From positions 3,488,001-3,552,000 of the forward strand of contig OZ242011.1 of NCBI GenBank assembly GCA_965204755.1: a stretch of 64,000 nucleotides of DNA, given 5' to 3'. Position 1 is the first letter of the stretch. Every line of letters starts with the position of its first letter. Under the pieces are notes generated by a model. That model was not told the origin of the DNA and ran no database searches. It saw only the letters and a program-made list of their open reading frames with translations. Shown here piece after piece: positions 30,722 to 43,900 of this stretch. The stretch is from Candidatus Marinacidobacterium sp. Its GTDB lineage: Bacteria > Acidobacteriota > Vicinamibacteria > Marinacidobacterales > Marinacidobacteraceae. The position numbers were made by a program, and so were the translations under genes.

Positions 30722-31723
30722 ATGGATGTCTTCGCCGAAGCCGCGCGGCTGCGCCGGCTCGGCAGCCGGTTCGCGCTGGCCACGGTGGTGCGCGCCGAGC
30801 GCCCGACCTCGGCCCGTCCGGGGGCCAAGGCCATCGTCCACCCCGACGGGCGCGTCGCCGGCTTCGTCGGCGGGAGTTGCGTCCGCCCGGCGGTCCGGCG
30901 CGAAGGCCTCCGGGCGATCGCCGACGGGACGCCCCGGCTCCTGCGGATCGCCCCGGCGGCGGAGGGAAACCCGGGGCCCGCGCCGGAAGGCGTGCTCGAC
31001 GAGCCGATGGCCTGCGTGAGCGGCGGCGCCCTCGACATCCACATCGAGCCCCACCTGCCGCCGCCGCGCCTGCTGGTGGCGGGCGAGTCGCCGGTCGCCG
31101 CCGCGCTGGAAACGCTCGGCGCCGGCTTGGGCATGGAGGTGCGCTCCGCCACCGGCGGGACGGCGGACGGAGGCGGGGACGAAGCGGGGCTCGCGGAGTC
31201 CTGCCGCGGCGCGTTCGTCGTGGTCGCCGGACACGGCGAGGGCGAGTGGGAGGTCCTCGAGGCGGCGCTCTCCGGCGGCCGGGCGCGCTATGTGGGCCTC
31301 GTCGCCAGCCCCCGGCGCGCGGCGGCGGTGCGTCGGCGGCTCGCCGACCGGGGCGTCGCGGAAGAGGACCTGGCGCGGCTCGTCTCCCCGGCGGGGCTCG
31401 ACCTCGGCGCCCGGGAGCCGGCGGAGATCGCCCTCAGCATCCTCGCCCAAGTCGTCGAGCGGCGCCGCCGACCGGCGGAGGCCGGCGCCGAGGACGGGCG
31501 CGACGAGGCGGAGCCGGCCCCGACCGCGGCGGAGGCCGGCGCCCCGGTCGGAATCGCCCCGGTCGGCATCACAACGGCCGCGCCGGAAGCCCCGCTGCCG
31601 GTGGATCCCGTCTGCGGCATGAGCGTGTCCCCGGACACCCCGCACCGGCGCGAGCGCGACGGCGAGATGTTCTTCTTCTGTTGCGCCGGCTGCGCCGAAA
31701 CCTTCGCCGCTGCGGCCGGCTGA
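30722..31723 (+). CDS. XdhC/CoxF-like molybdoenzyme maturation factor with C-terminal YHS/TRASH metal-binding domain
   Basis: ATVVR...TS..PGAK, GFVGGSC, C.SGG, YVGLVAS and PAGLDLGA..PAEIALSILA; tail DPVCGM...FFFCCAGC...F. Confidence 0.88.
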   Translation: MDVFAEAARLRRLGSRFALATVVRAERPTSARPGAKAIVHPDGRVAGFVGGSCVRPAVRREGLRAIADGTPRLLRIAPAAEGNPGPAPEGVLDEPMACVSGGALDIHIEPHLPPPRLLVAGESPVAAALETLGAGLGMEVRSATGGTADGGGDEAGLAESCRGAFVVVAGHGEGEWEVLEAALSGGRARYVGLVASPRRAAAVRRRLADRGVAEEDLARLVSPAGLDLGAREPAEIALSILAQVVERRRRPAEAGAEDGRDEAEPAPTAAEAGAPVGIAPVGITTAAPEAPLPVDPVCGMSVSPDTPHRRERDGEMFFFCCAGCAETFAAAAG

Positions 31724-31855
31724 GGCTTCCCGACTTCGACCTCCGCGGCGCGGGCTGGGCCGGCGCGCCGGGTCTCGCGGCGGAGACTCCCTCTCCCGCG
31801 CGCGGCGGCGTCCCCATCCGCCTCTCCGCGCGCGGGTTCGCGGGAGTTAACCTTC

Positions 31856-31887
31856 CCGTGGGGAAACTCCACGCCCGGGCTTTTTTT
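31856..31887 (+). terminator. Possible intrinsic terminator after the cox cluster
   Basis: Hairpin CGTGGGG-AAA-CTCCACG, then GCCCGGGC and T7. The hairpin-to-T-tract spacing is atypical. Confidence 0.35.
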
Positions 31888-31971
31888 CTGATGCTGGTCG
31901 CCGGTGGAGATCCGAGCCCGCTCGCTCCGGACGGGTGTGCGGCGATCATCGAAAGACGGCGCCTCCTTCCC

Positions 31972-34900
31972 ATGCTGTCCGCGCGCGGCCGGTTTCGCGG
32001 CGATTTCCCAAGGCGGCGGGAGGGAAGTGAAGGGCGCCGCTCCTTCGTGCAATGTCCCGGTAGAACGGGTCCGAGTTGGTTCAGGATATGGATAGCCGTT
32101 ACGTTGGGAGTCACCGTCCTCGTCGGTTTCCCCGCAGTCTCGGGGGAAGCGGGGGCGACGCCCGCGGCGAACGAGAGAGAGCGGGCGACACCGACCGATC
32201 CGCGGAACGCGGTGTTCGAGTCCTCCACCGGTGTCGGCGCGGCGAGGCAGGCGCCGTCCCTGTCCATCGACTCTCCGAGCGTGGACGAAGGAAGCGCCGG
32301 TTCGGTGAGCCTGACCTTTACGGTTACGCTGAACCCGGCCGGCGCGGAGCAGGTCACGGTGGACTATGCGGACGCCGGAACGGGGACGGCGACGAGCGGC
32401 GCGGACTACACGGCGCTGGTTTCGGGAACCCTGACATTCGCGCCGGGGGAGACCGCCAAGACGGTAAGCGCGTCGGTTACCGGGGACGCGGTCGACGAGC
32501 CGGACGAAACCGTGGTGGTGTCGCTGAGCGGCGCGGTGAACGCGACCGTCGGTACGGCGTCGGGGACCGGGACGATCACCGACGACGACGCGCAGCCGAC
32601 GGTTACGCTGGCGCTGTCGCGGACCTCCATCGCGGAGAGCGGGGCGACGAACAGCGCTGCGGTAACGGCGTCGCTGGATCACGCGTCGAGCGAGGAAACG
32701 ACGATCACCGTGGCGGCGGCGGCCGGTACGGGCGCGGTGGCGTCCGACTTCTCACTGGGCGGCAACGCGAAGTTGACGATCGCGGCGGGGGCGACGAGCA
32801 GCACGGGGACGGTAACGGTGACGGCGGTGGACAACAGCGAGGACGAGTCGGACAAGAGCGTTACCGTGTCGGGGACGGCGGTGAATTCCCAGGGGATCAC
32901 GCAGCCGTCGAATGTGACGCTGACGGTCACGGACGACGACGGGGCGCCGTCGCTGTCCATCGGCTCGGCGAGCGTTACGGAGGGGAACGGCGCGACCGCG
33001 AACCTGACCTTCACGGTGTCGCTGGATGCGGCGAGCGGCAAGGAAGTTACCGTGGACTACGCCGACGCCGGTACGGGGACGGCGGCGAGCGGCGCGGATT
33101 ACACCGCGGTGAGCGCGGGAACGCTGACCTTTGCGGCGGGCGATACGAGCAAGACGATCACGGTGTCCGTAACGGGAGACGCGACGGACGAGCCGGACGA
33201 GACGGTGGTGGTGTCGCTGAGCGGCGCGGTGAACGCGACCATCGGGACGGCGTCGGGCACGGGGACGATCACGGACGACGACGCGGCGCCGACGGTGACG
33301 CTGTCGGTGGCGGACGCCTCGATCCCGGAGAACGGCGGGACGACGACGGTATCGGCGGTCCTGAGCCACGCTTCGAGCGCCGAGACCACGGTGACCATCA
33401 GCCCGGTCTCCGGCGGTTACACGGTGGGGGCGGACGCCGCGATCACCATCGCCGCCGGGGAGACGGCGAACGGCGCGGACACGGTCACGATCACGGCGGT
33501 GGACGACGAGGTGGCCGGGTCGGACCGGAGCGTAACGGTGACGGCCACGGCGACGAACGGGCAGGGGATCGGGTCGGTTACCGGGGCGAGCCTGACGCTC
33601 GAAGACGACGACGGGGAAGGCGGAGGCGGGGTCGGAGGCGCGTCCGGCTCCCAGGACTCGGGTCCGACGGTGTCCGTCGCTTCGGCGAGCGTTACCGAAG
33701 GGGACGGCGGTCAGACGGATTTGACTCTCACGGTCAGCCTGAGCGCGGCGAGCGACGATCCGGTTACCGTGGACTACGCCGACGCCGGAACGGGGACGGC
33801 GACGAGCGGCGCGGATTACACGGCGCTGACGGCGGGGACCCTGACCTTCACCGCGGGGGACACCAGCGAGACGATCACGGTGTCCGTAACGGGAGACGCG
33901 ACGGACGAGCCGGACGAGACGGTGGTGGTGTCGCTGAGCGGCGCGGTGAACGCGACGATCGGGACGGCGTCGGGGACCGGGACGATCACGGACGACGACG
34001 CGGCGCCGACGGTGACGCTGTCGGTGGCGGACGCCTCGATCCCGGAGAACGGCGGGACGACGACGGTATCGGCGGTCCTGAGCCACGCTTCGAGCGCCGA
34101 GACCACGGTGACGGTCAGGCCGGTTTCCGGCGGTTACACGGTGGGGACGGACGCGGCGATCACCATCGCCGCCGGGGAGACGGCGAACGGCGCGGACACG
34201 GTCACGATCACGGCGGTGGACGACGAGGTGGCCGAGTCGGACCGGAGCGTAACGGTGACGGCGACGGCGACGAACGGGCAGGGGATCGGGTCGGTTACCG
34301 GGGCGAGCCTGACGCTGGAAGACGACGACGGGGAAGGCGGAGGCGCGGTCGGAGGCGCGTCCGGTTCGCAGGACTCGGGTCCGACGGTGTCCGTTGCTCC
34401 GGCGAGCGTTACCGAAGGGGACGGCGGTCAGACGGATTTGACTCTCACGGTGAGCCTGAGCGCGGCGAGCGACGATCCGGTTACCGTGGACTACGCCGAC
34501 GCCGGAACGGGGACGGCGGCGAGCGGCGCGGATTACACGGCCCTGACGGCGGGGACCCTGACTTTCACCGCGGGTGACACGAGCAAGACGATCACGGTGT
34601 CGGTAACGGGAGACGCGACGGACGAGCCGGACGAGACGGTGGTGGTCACGCTGAGCGGCGCGGTGAACGCGACGATCGGGACGGCGTCGGGGACCGGGAC
34701 GATCACGGACGACGACGCGGCGCCGACGGTTACGCTGTCGGTGGCGGACGACTCGATCCCGGAGAACGGCGGGACGACGACGGTATCGGCGGTCCTGAGC
34801 CACGCTTCGAGCGCCGAGACCACGGTGACGGTCAGGCCGGTTTCCGGCGGTTACACGGTGGGGGCGGACGCCGCGATCACCATCGCGGCCGGGGAGACGG

Positions 34901-37900
34901 CGAACGGCGCGGACACGGTCACGATCACGGCGGTGGACGACGAGGTGGCCGGGTCGGACCGGAGCGTAACGGTGACGGCGACGGCGACCAACGGGCAGGG
35001 GGTCGGGTCGGTTACCGGGGCGAGCCTGACGCTGGAAGACGACGACGGGGAAGGCGGAGGCGGAGGCGCGTCCGGCTCACAGGACGACCTTCCGTCGCTC
35101 TCGATCGACAGCCCGCGAGGGCAGGAGCCGTCCACCGGCACTTCGGAGATGACCTTCACGGTGACTCTGAGCGCGGCGGCCGAGCAACAGGTTACCGTGA
35201 ACTACCGGGATCGCGGGACGCCGGCGAGCGCGACATCGGGGAGCGACTACCGGGCGCTGAGCCCCGGGACACTGACTTTCGCCGCAGGCGAGACGAGCAA
35301 GACCATCACGGTGACGATTCTGGCGGACCCCGACGATGCCGAGTATGCCGAGCAGATCCATGTAGTGTTGAGTGAGGCGGTGAACGCCACGATCGGAACG
35401 GCGGTGGGTGTAGGGCGGATCGCAGACTATCATGTACCGCCGTCGCTTTCGATCAGTGGGGGGAGCGTGACGGAGGGGGACAGCGGCGCGGCGAATTTGA
35501 TTTTCACGATTCGTTTGAGCGCGGCGAGTTCGAGAACTGTCCGTTTCACCTACTCGGACGCCGGAACGGGGACGGCGACTTCGGGTACGGATTACACGGC
35601 GCTGAGGTCGGGGGTCCTGACCTTCACGGCGGGAGAGACGACGAAGACCGTCACCATCTCGGTAACCGGCGATACCGAAGACGAGCCGAACGAGACCGTG
35701 GTGGTGTCGGGCAGCGCGAGCGGCACGAGTGTCGATGGGCGTTCGCTGCGGGCCACCGGGACGATCACGAATGACGACGGCCCATACTTGGGCATCGGCG
35801 CGTCGAGCGTGGAGGAGGGGGACAGCGGTTCGGCGAATTTGATCTTCACGGTGAGGATGACTCCGGCGAGTCGGGACCGGGTCACCGTGGGTTACGCGGA
35901 CGCGGGCACGGGGACGGCGACCTCGGGTACTGACTACACGCCGCTGAGTCCGGGGACCCTGACCTTCTCGGCGGGAGAGACGACGAAGACCATCACGGTA
36001 TCGGTTATCGGGGATATTGCACACGAGCCGGACGAGACCGTGGCGGTCACCTTGAGCGGAGCGGTGAATGCAGCGACCTACCCAGCGACATCGACGGGTA
36101 CGGGGACGATCACGAATGACGACGAACGGCCGTCGCTCTCGATCGATAGCCCGCGCGCGTTGGAGCCGGAAACCGGTGTAGCGGACCTGGTTTTCACCGT
36201 GAGTTTGAGTGCGGAGAGTGCAAGACAGATTACCGTGAACTACCGGACCAACCAGCTCAACACTTACACTAATGCAAGATCGGGGACCGACTTCCAGGCG
36301 CTGGGCCCCGGGACATTGACTTTCGCGCCAGGTCAGACGAGCAAGAAGATTACGGTAAAGGTTCTTCCGGACACGGTGGACGAGACCGATGAGAACGTGC
36401 GGATCCAACTGAGTAATGCCGTGAACGCGACGATCGGCAACGGGAGGGCCACCGGAGTGATTCGGGACCGGACTCCGGATGTATCGCTGGTGATCAGCGC
36501 GCCGAGTGTGGCGGAGGGAGATAGCGGTTCGGCGGACATGACCTTCACCGTCGGTCTGAGCGCGGCCAGCGAGAGGTACTTCCAAGTGGAGTACGCGGAC
36601 GCGGGAACGGGGACGGCGACGAGTGGCACGGACTACCGGACGCTGAGCCCGGGAACGCTGACCTTCTACGCGGGCGAAAGTACCAAGACGATCACGGTCT
36701 CGGTAACCGGGGACATCGCGGACGAGCCGAACGAGACCGTGGTGGTGCGGTTGAGCGGGGGCCCCGCCGATCGATGGATCGGGACGGCGACGGGTACGGG
36801 GACGATCACGAATGACGACCGCCCATACCTGGGCATCGGTTCGTCGAGCGTGGAGGAGGGGGACAGCGGTTCGGCGAATTTGATCTTCACGGTGAGGGTG
36901 ACTCCGGCGAGTCCGGACCGGGTCACCGTGGATTACGCGGACGCGGGCACGGGGACGGCGACCTCGGGTACGGACTACACGCCGCTGAGTCCGGGGACGC
37001 TGACCTTCCTGGCGGGAGAGACGACGAAGACCATCACGGTAACGGTTATCGGGGATATTGCACACGAGCCGGACGAGACCGTGGCGGTCACCTTGAGCGG
37101 AGCGGTGAACGCAGCGACCTACACAGCGACATCGACGGGTACGGGGACGATCACGAACGACGACGAACCGCCGTCACTATCGATCGATAGCCCGCGCGCG
37201 TGGGAGCCGGAAACCGGTGTAGCGGACCTGGTTTTCACCGTGAGTTTGAGTGCGGCGAGTACAAGACAGATTACCGTGAACTACCGGACCAATCAACTCA
37301 ACACTTACACCTATGCGACATCAGGGACCGATTTCCGGGCGCTGGGCCTCGGGACATTGACTTTCGCGCCGGGTCAGAGGAGCAAGAAGATTACGGTGAA
37401 GGTTCTTCCGGACACGGTGGACGAGGGCGATGAGAACGTGCGGATCCAACTGAGCAATGCCGTGAACGCGACGATCGGCAACGGGAGCGCCACCGGAGTG
37501 ATTCGGGACCGGACTCCGGATGTATCGCTGGTGATCAGCGCGCCGAGTGTGGCGGAGGGAGACAGCGGTTCGGCGGACATGACCTTCACCGTCGGTCTGA
37601 GCGCGGCCAGCGAGAGGTACTTCCAAGTGGAGTACGCGGACGCGGGAACGGGGACGGCGACGAGTGGCACGGACTACACGACGCTGAGCCCGGGAACGCT
37701 GACCTTCTACGCGGGCGACACGACCAAGACGATCACGGTCTCGGTAACCGGGGACACCGCGGACGAGCCGAACGAGACCGTGGTGGTGCGGTTGAGCGGG
37801 GGCCCCGCCGATCGATGGATCGGGACGGCGACGGGTACGGGGACGATCACGAATGACGACCGCCCATACCTGGGCATCGGTTCGGCGAGCGTGGAGGAGG

Positions 37901-40900
37901 GGGACGGCGGTTCGGCGAACTTGAACTTCACGGTGAGGATGACTCCGGCGAGTCCGGACCAGGTCACCGTGGATTACGCGGATGCGGGGACGGGGACGGC
38001 CACCTCCGGTACGGACTACACGGCGCTGAGTTCGGGGACCCTGACCTTCCCGGCGGGAGAGACGACGAAGACCATCACGGTATCGGTTACCGGGGATACT
38101 GCAAACGAGCCGGACGAGACGGTGGTGGTTACCTTGAGCGGGGCGGTGAATGCGTTGACCTACCCAGCGACATCGACGGGTACCGGGACGATTACGAACG
38201 ACGACGAACTACCGTCACTATCGATCAGCGGTGGGACTGTCAGCGAAGGAGACACGGGTTCGGCGAACCTGGTTTTCACGGTGAGTCTGGACGCGGCGAG
38301 CGGCAGGGAAGTCACCGTGAACTACGCCGACGCCGGCACGGGGACGGGGGCGAGCGGCACGGACTACGCGGCGCTGCCCCCCGGGACCCTGACCTTCGGA
38401 GCGGGAGACACGAGCAAGCAGGTGACGGTGCGCGTCAGGGGGGACTCGCTCGAGGAGGAGGACGAGACGGTCGTGGTGGAGATCAGTTCGGCGGTCAACG
38501 CGACGATCGGGACATCGACCGGTACCGGGACGATTACGAACGACGATGTTAAGACGGTGCGGCTGGTCGTGTCTCCGAGTTCGATAACGGAGAGTGGAGC
38601 GAGGAACAGCGCGACAGTAGCCGCCCAACTGAGCGAGTCGTCGACTGCGGAGACGACGGTCGTTGTGTCCGTAGCGGCCGGCGCGGGAGCGGTGTCGTCG
38701 GATTTCACCGTGAGCGGGAACAGGACGCTGACGATTCTGGCAGGTCACGCTGGCGGAACCCGGGCACTGACGATCACGGCGGTGGACAACACGACAGATG
38801 AACCGGACAAGACGATCACCGTATCCGGAACGGCGACCAACAGCGAGGGGATCGCAGGTCCGTCGGATGTGACGCTGACGATCACGGACGACGACGCCGA
38901 GCCATCGCTCTCCATCGGCTCGGCGACCGTTGCCGAGGGGAATACCGGCTCCGCGAACCTGACCTACACGGTTACCCTGAGTGCGGCCAGCGGCAAGCAG
39001 GTCACCGTGGACTACGAGGACGCGGGCACGGGCACGGCGACGAGCGGAACGGACTACACCGCGCTGCCCTCGGGGACGCTGACCTTCACCGCCGGGGACA
39101 CCAGCGAGACGATCACGGTGCCGGTCCGGGGTGACACCACGGACGAGCCGGACGAGACGGTGGTGGTCACGCTGAGCGGCGCGGTGAACGCGACGATCGG
39201 CACGGCGTCGGAGACGGGGACGATCACGGACGACGACGCGACGCCGAAGGTGACGCTGGCGCTGTCGCGAGCCGCTGTCGCAGAGAGCGGGACGACGAAC
39301 TCGACGAGCGTGACGGCCTCCCTGAACCACCCGTCGAGCGAGCGGACGACGATCACGGTGTCCGCCGCGCCGGGGACGGGCGCCGCGGCCGCCGACTACC
39401 GGCTGAGCACGCAGCGGACGCTGACCATCGCGGCCGGCGCGACGAGGAGCACGGGCACGGTGACGATCACCGCGGTGGACAACGCGACGGACGCGCCGAA
39501 CAAGAGCGTTACGGTGTCCGGCTCGGCCTCGAACTCGCAGGGCGTTACGAACCCTTCGAGCGTGACGCTGACGATCACGGACGACGACGCGGCGCCGACG
39601 GTCACCCTGGCGTTGTCGCGGTCCACCATCACGGAGAGCGGTGCGGCGAACTCCGCGACGGTTACGGCGACGCTGGACCGGCGGTCGAGCGAGCCGACGA
39701 CGGTCACGGTCGGGGCGGCGGCTTCGGGCGCGCACACCGTGGCCGGCGACTTCTCCCTGAGCAGGGACGCGAAGTTGACGATTGCGGCGGGGGCGACGAG
39801 CAGCACGGGGACGGTGACGATCACGGCCGTGGACAACACGGAGGACGAGGCGGACAAGAGCGTCACGGTGTCGGGGACGGCGGCGAACACGCAGGGGATC
39901 ACGCAGCCGTCGACGGTGACGCTGGCGATCACGGACGACGACGACGCGCCGTCGCTGTCGGTCGGCTCCGCGAGCGTTTCCGAGGGGGACAGCGGTTCGG
40001 CGAACCTGGTGTTCACCGTGATGTTGGACGCGGCGAGCGGCAAGGAGGTCACGGTGGACTACGCGGAGGGCACGGGCGGTACGGCGACGAGCGGGACGGA
40101 CTACACGGCGCCCGGTTCCGGGACCCTGACCTTCACGGCGGGGGACACCAGCGAGATGATCACGGTGTCGGTCCGGGGAGACACGACGGACGAGCCGGAC
40201 GAGACGGTGGTGATTACGCTGAGCGGGGCGGTGAACGCGACGATCGGCACGGCGTCGGGGACGGGGACGATCACGGACGACGACGCGACGCCGACAGTGA
40301 CGCTGACGCTGTCGCGGACCTCCATCGCGGAGAGCGGTGCGACGAACAGCACGACGGTTACGGCATCGTTGAACCGGGCGTCGAGCCAACAGACGACGAT
40401 CACCGTGGGGGCGGCGGCCGGTACGGGCGCGGTCGCCGGAGACTTCACGCTGAGCAGCAACGCGAAGTTGACGATCGCGGCGGGGACGACGAGCAGCACG
40501 GGGACGGTGACGATCACCGCGGTGGACAACAACGAGGACGAGGCGGACAAGAGCGTCACGGCGTCGGGGACGGCGGCGAACACGCAGGGAATCACGCAGC
40601 CTTCGGCGGTGACGCTGACGATCACGGACGACGACGATCCGCCCTCGCTCTCCATCGGTTCGGCGACCGTTGCCGAGGGGAACAGCGGCTCCGTGAACCT
40701 GACCTACACGGTTACCCTGGACGCGGCGAGCGGCAAGGAGGTGACCGTGGGCTACGCGGACGCAGGCACGGGCACGGCGACGAGCGGGACGGACTACACG
40801 GCGATCACCGCGGGGACGCTGACCTTCACGGCGGGGGACACCAGCGAGACGATCACGGTGTCGGTCCGGGGCGACCGGGCGGACGAGCCGGACGAGAGGG

Positions 40901-43900
40901 TGGTGGTGTCGCTGAGCGGCGCGGTGAACGCGACGATCGGGACGGCGGACGGGACGGGGACGATCACGGACGACGACGATGCGCCGACGGTGACTCTGTC
41001 GCTGTCGCCGGGCTCCATCGCGGAGAGCGGCTCGACGAACCGCAGCGCGGTTACGGCGTCGCTGGACCATCCGTCGAGTCAGCAGACCACCATCACGGTG
41101 GCCGCGACGGCGGGAACGGGCGCCGTGTCGGGGGATTTCACGCTGAGCAGCAACACGAAGTTGACGATCGCGGCGCTCGCGACGAGCAGCACGGGGACGG
41201 TGACGATCACGGCGGTGAACAACAGCGAGGACGAGGCGGACAAGAGCGTCACGGTGTCGGGGACGGCGGCGAATACGCAGGGGATCACGCAGCCGTCGGC
41301 GGTGACGCTGACGATCGCGGACGACGACGATCCGCCCTCGCTCTCCATCGGTTCGGCGACCGTTGCCGAGGGGAACAGCGGCTCCGTGAACCTGACCTAC
41401 ACGGTTACCCTGGACGCGGCGAGCGGCAAGGAGGTGACCGTGGGCTACGCGGACGCAGGCACGGGCACGGCGACGAGCGGGACGGACTACGCGGCGCTGA
41501 CGGCGGGGACGCTGACCTTCACGGCGGGGGATACGAGCGAGACCATCACGGTGTCGGTTACCGGCGACACGACCGACGAGCCGAACGAGACGGTGGTGGT
41601 CACGCTGAGCGGCGCGACGAACGCGACGATCGGGACGGCGTCGGGCACGGGGACGATCACCGACGACGACGCGACGCCGACGGTGACGCTGTCGCTGTCG
41701 CCCGCGAGCGTCGCGGAGAGCGGGACGACGAACTCGACGAGCGTGACGGCCTCCCTGAACCACCCGTCGAGCGAGCGGACGACGATCACGGTGTCCGCCG
41801 CGCCGGGGACGGGCGCCGCGGCCGCCGACTACCGGCTGAGCACGCAGCGGACGCTGACCATCGCGGCCGGCGCGACGAGGAGCACGGGCACGGTGACGAT
41901 CACCGCGGTGGACAACGCGACGGACGCGCCGAACAAGAGCGTTACGGTGTCCGGCTCGGCCTCGAACTCGCAGGGCGTTACGAACCCTTCGAGCGTGACG
42001 CTGACGATCACGGACGACGACGCGGCGCCGACGGTCACCCTGGCGTTGTCGCGGTCCACCATCACGGAGAGCGGTGCGGCGAACTCCGCGACGGTTACGG
42101 CGACGCTGGACCGGCGGTCGAGCGAGCCGACGACGGTCACGGTCGGGGCGGCGGCTTCGGGCGCGCACACCGTGGCCGGCGACTTCTCCCTGAGCAGGGA
42201 CGCGAAGTTGACGATTGCGGCGGGAGCGACGAGCAGCACGGGGACGGTGACGATCACGGCGGTGGACAACAACGACGACGAGCGGGACAAGAGCGTCACG
42301 GTGTCGGGAACGGCGGCGAACAGCCAAGGAGTGACGAATCCGTCGGCGCTGACGCTGACGATCACCGACGACGATGTCCCGTCGCTTTCGATCGATTCCC
42401 CGAGCGTGGGCGAGGGCGACAGCGGCGCGGCGACGCTGACCTTTACGGTGACCCTCGACCGGGAGAGTTGGCAGCAGGTGAGAGTGGCCTACGCCGAGGG
42501 CGCCGGGGGAACGGCGACTTCGGGGACGGACTACACGGCGCCCGGTTCCGGGACCCTGACCTTCACGGCGGGGGACACCAGCGAGACGATCACGGTGTCG
42601 GTCCGGAGCGACCGGACGGACGAGCCGGACGAGACGGTGGTGGTGGCGCTGAGCGGGGCGGTGAACGCGACCATCGGGACGGCTTCGGGCACGGGGACGA
42701 TCACCGACGACGACGCGGCGCCATCGCTGTCCATCGGCTCGGCGAGGGTGAACGAGGGGAACACCGGTTCGGCGAACCTGACCTTCACGGTGAGCCTGGA
42801 CGCGGCGAGCGGGAAGGAGGTGACGGTGGACTATGAGGACGCGGGCACGGGGACAGCGACGAGCGGCGCGGACTACGCGGCGCTGACGGCGGGGACGCTG
42901 ACCTTCACGGCGGGGGATACGAGCGATTCGATCACCGTGTCGGTCCGGGGGGACACTACGGACGAGCCGGACGAGACGGTGGTGGTCACCCTGAGCGGGC
43001 CGGCGAACGCGAGTGTCGGGACGGCGTCGGGTACGGGGACGATCACGGACGACGATGCAACGCCGACGGTGACGCTGGCGCTGTCGCGGACCTCCATCCC
43101 GGAGAGCGGGGCGACGAACTCCACGACGGTTACTGCGTCGTTGAACCGGGCGTCGAGCGAGCCGACGACGATCACGGTGGGGGCGGCGGCGGGCACGGGC
43201 GCGGTGGCGGGGGATTTCTCGCTGAGCAGCAACAAGGAGTTGACGATCGCGGCGGGAGCGACGGCCAGCTCGGGGACGGTGACGGTCACGGCGGTGGACA
43301 ACATGGCGGACGAGGCGGACAAGAGCGTCACGGTGTCGGGGACGGCGGCGAACAGCCAGGGGATCACGCAGCCGGCGAATGTGACGCTGACGATCACGGA
43401 CGACGACGCGGAGCCGTCGCTGTCCATCGGCTCGGTGAGCGTTACCGAGGGCGACAGCGGCCAAGCGAACCTGGTCTTCACGGTGTCGCTGAGCCCGGCG
43501 AGCGGGAAGCAGGTGACCGTGGACTACGCGGAGGGGACGGGCGGCACGGCGACGAGCGGTACGGACTACACGGCGCTGAGCGCGGGGACGCTGACCTTCA
43601 CGGCGGGGGACACCAGCGAGACGATCCCGGTTTCCGTTACCGGGGACACGACGGACGAGCCGGACGAGACGGTGGTGGTGTCGCTGAGCGGGGCGGTGAA
43701 CGCGACGATCGGGACGGCTGACGGGACGGGGACGATCACGGACGACGACGACGCGCCGACGGTGACGCTGTTGCTGTCGCCGAGTTCCATCGGGGAGAGC
43801 GGGGCGACGAACAGCACGACGGTGACGGCTTCGTTGAACCGGGCGTCGAGCCAACAGACGACCATCACCGTGGGGGCGGCGGCGGGCGCGGGCGCGGTGG

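Noticed and set aside
30877-31890. ORF-track start of the 10,245-aa protein
   Set aside because: This part overlaps the XdhC-YHS gene in another frame and reads as Arg/Gly/Pro-rich shadow sequence. The real start is likely at or after 31891.
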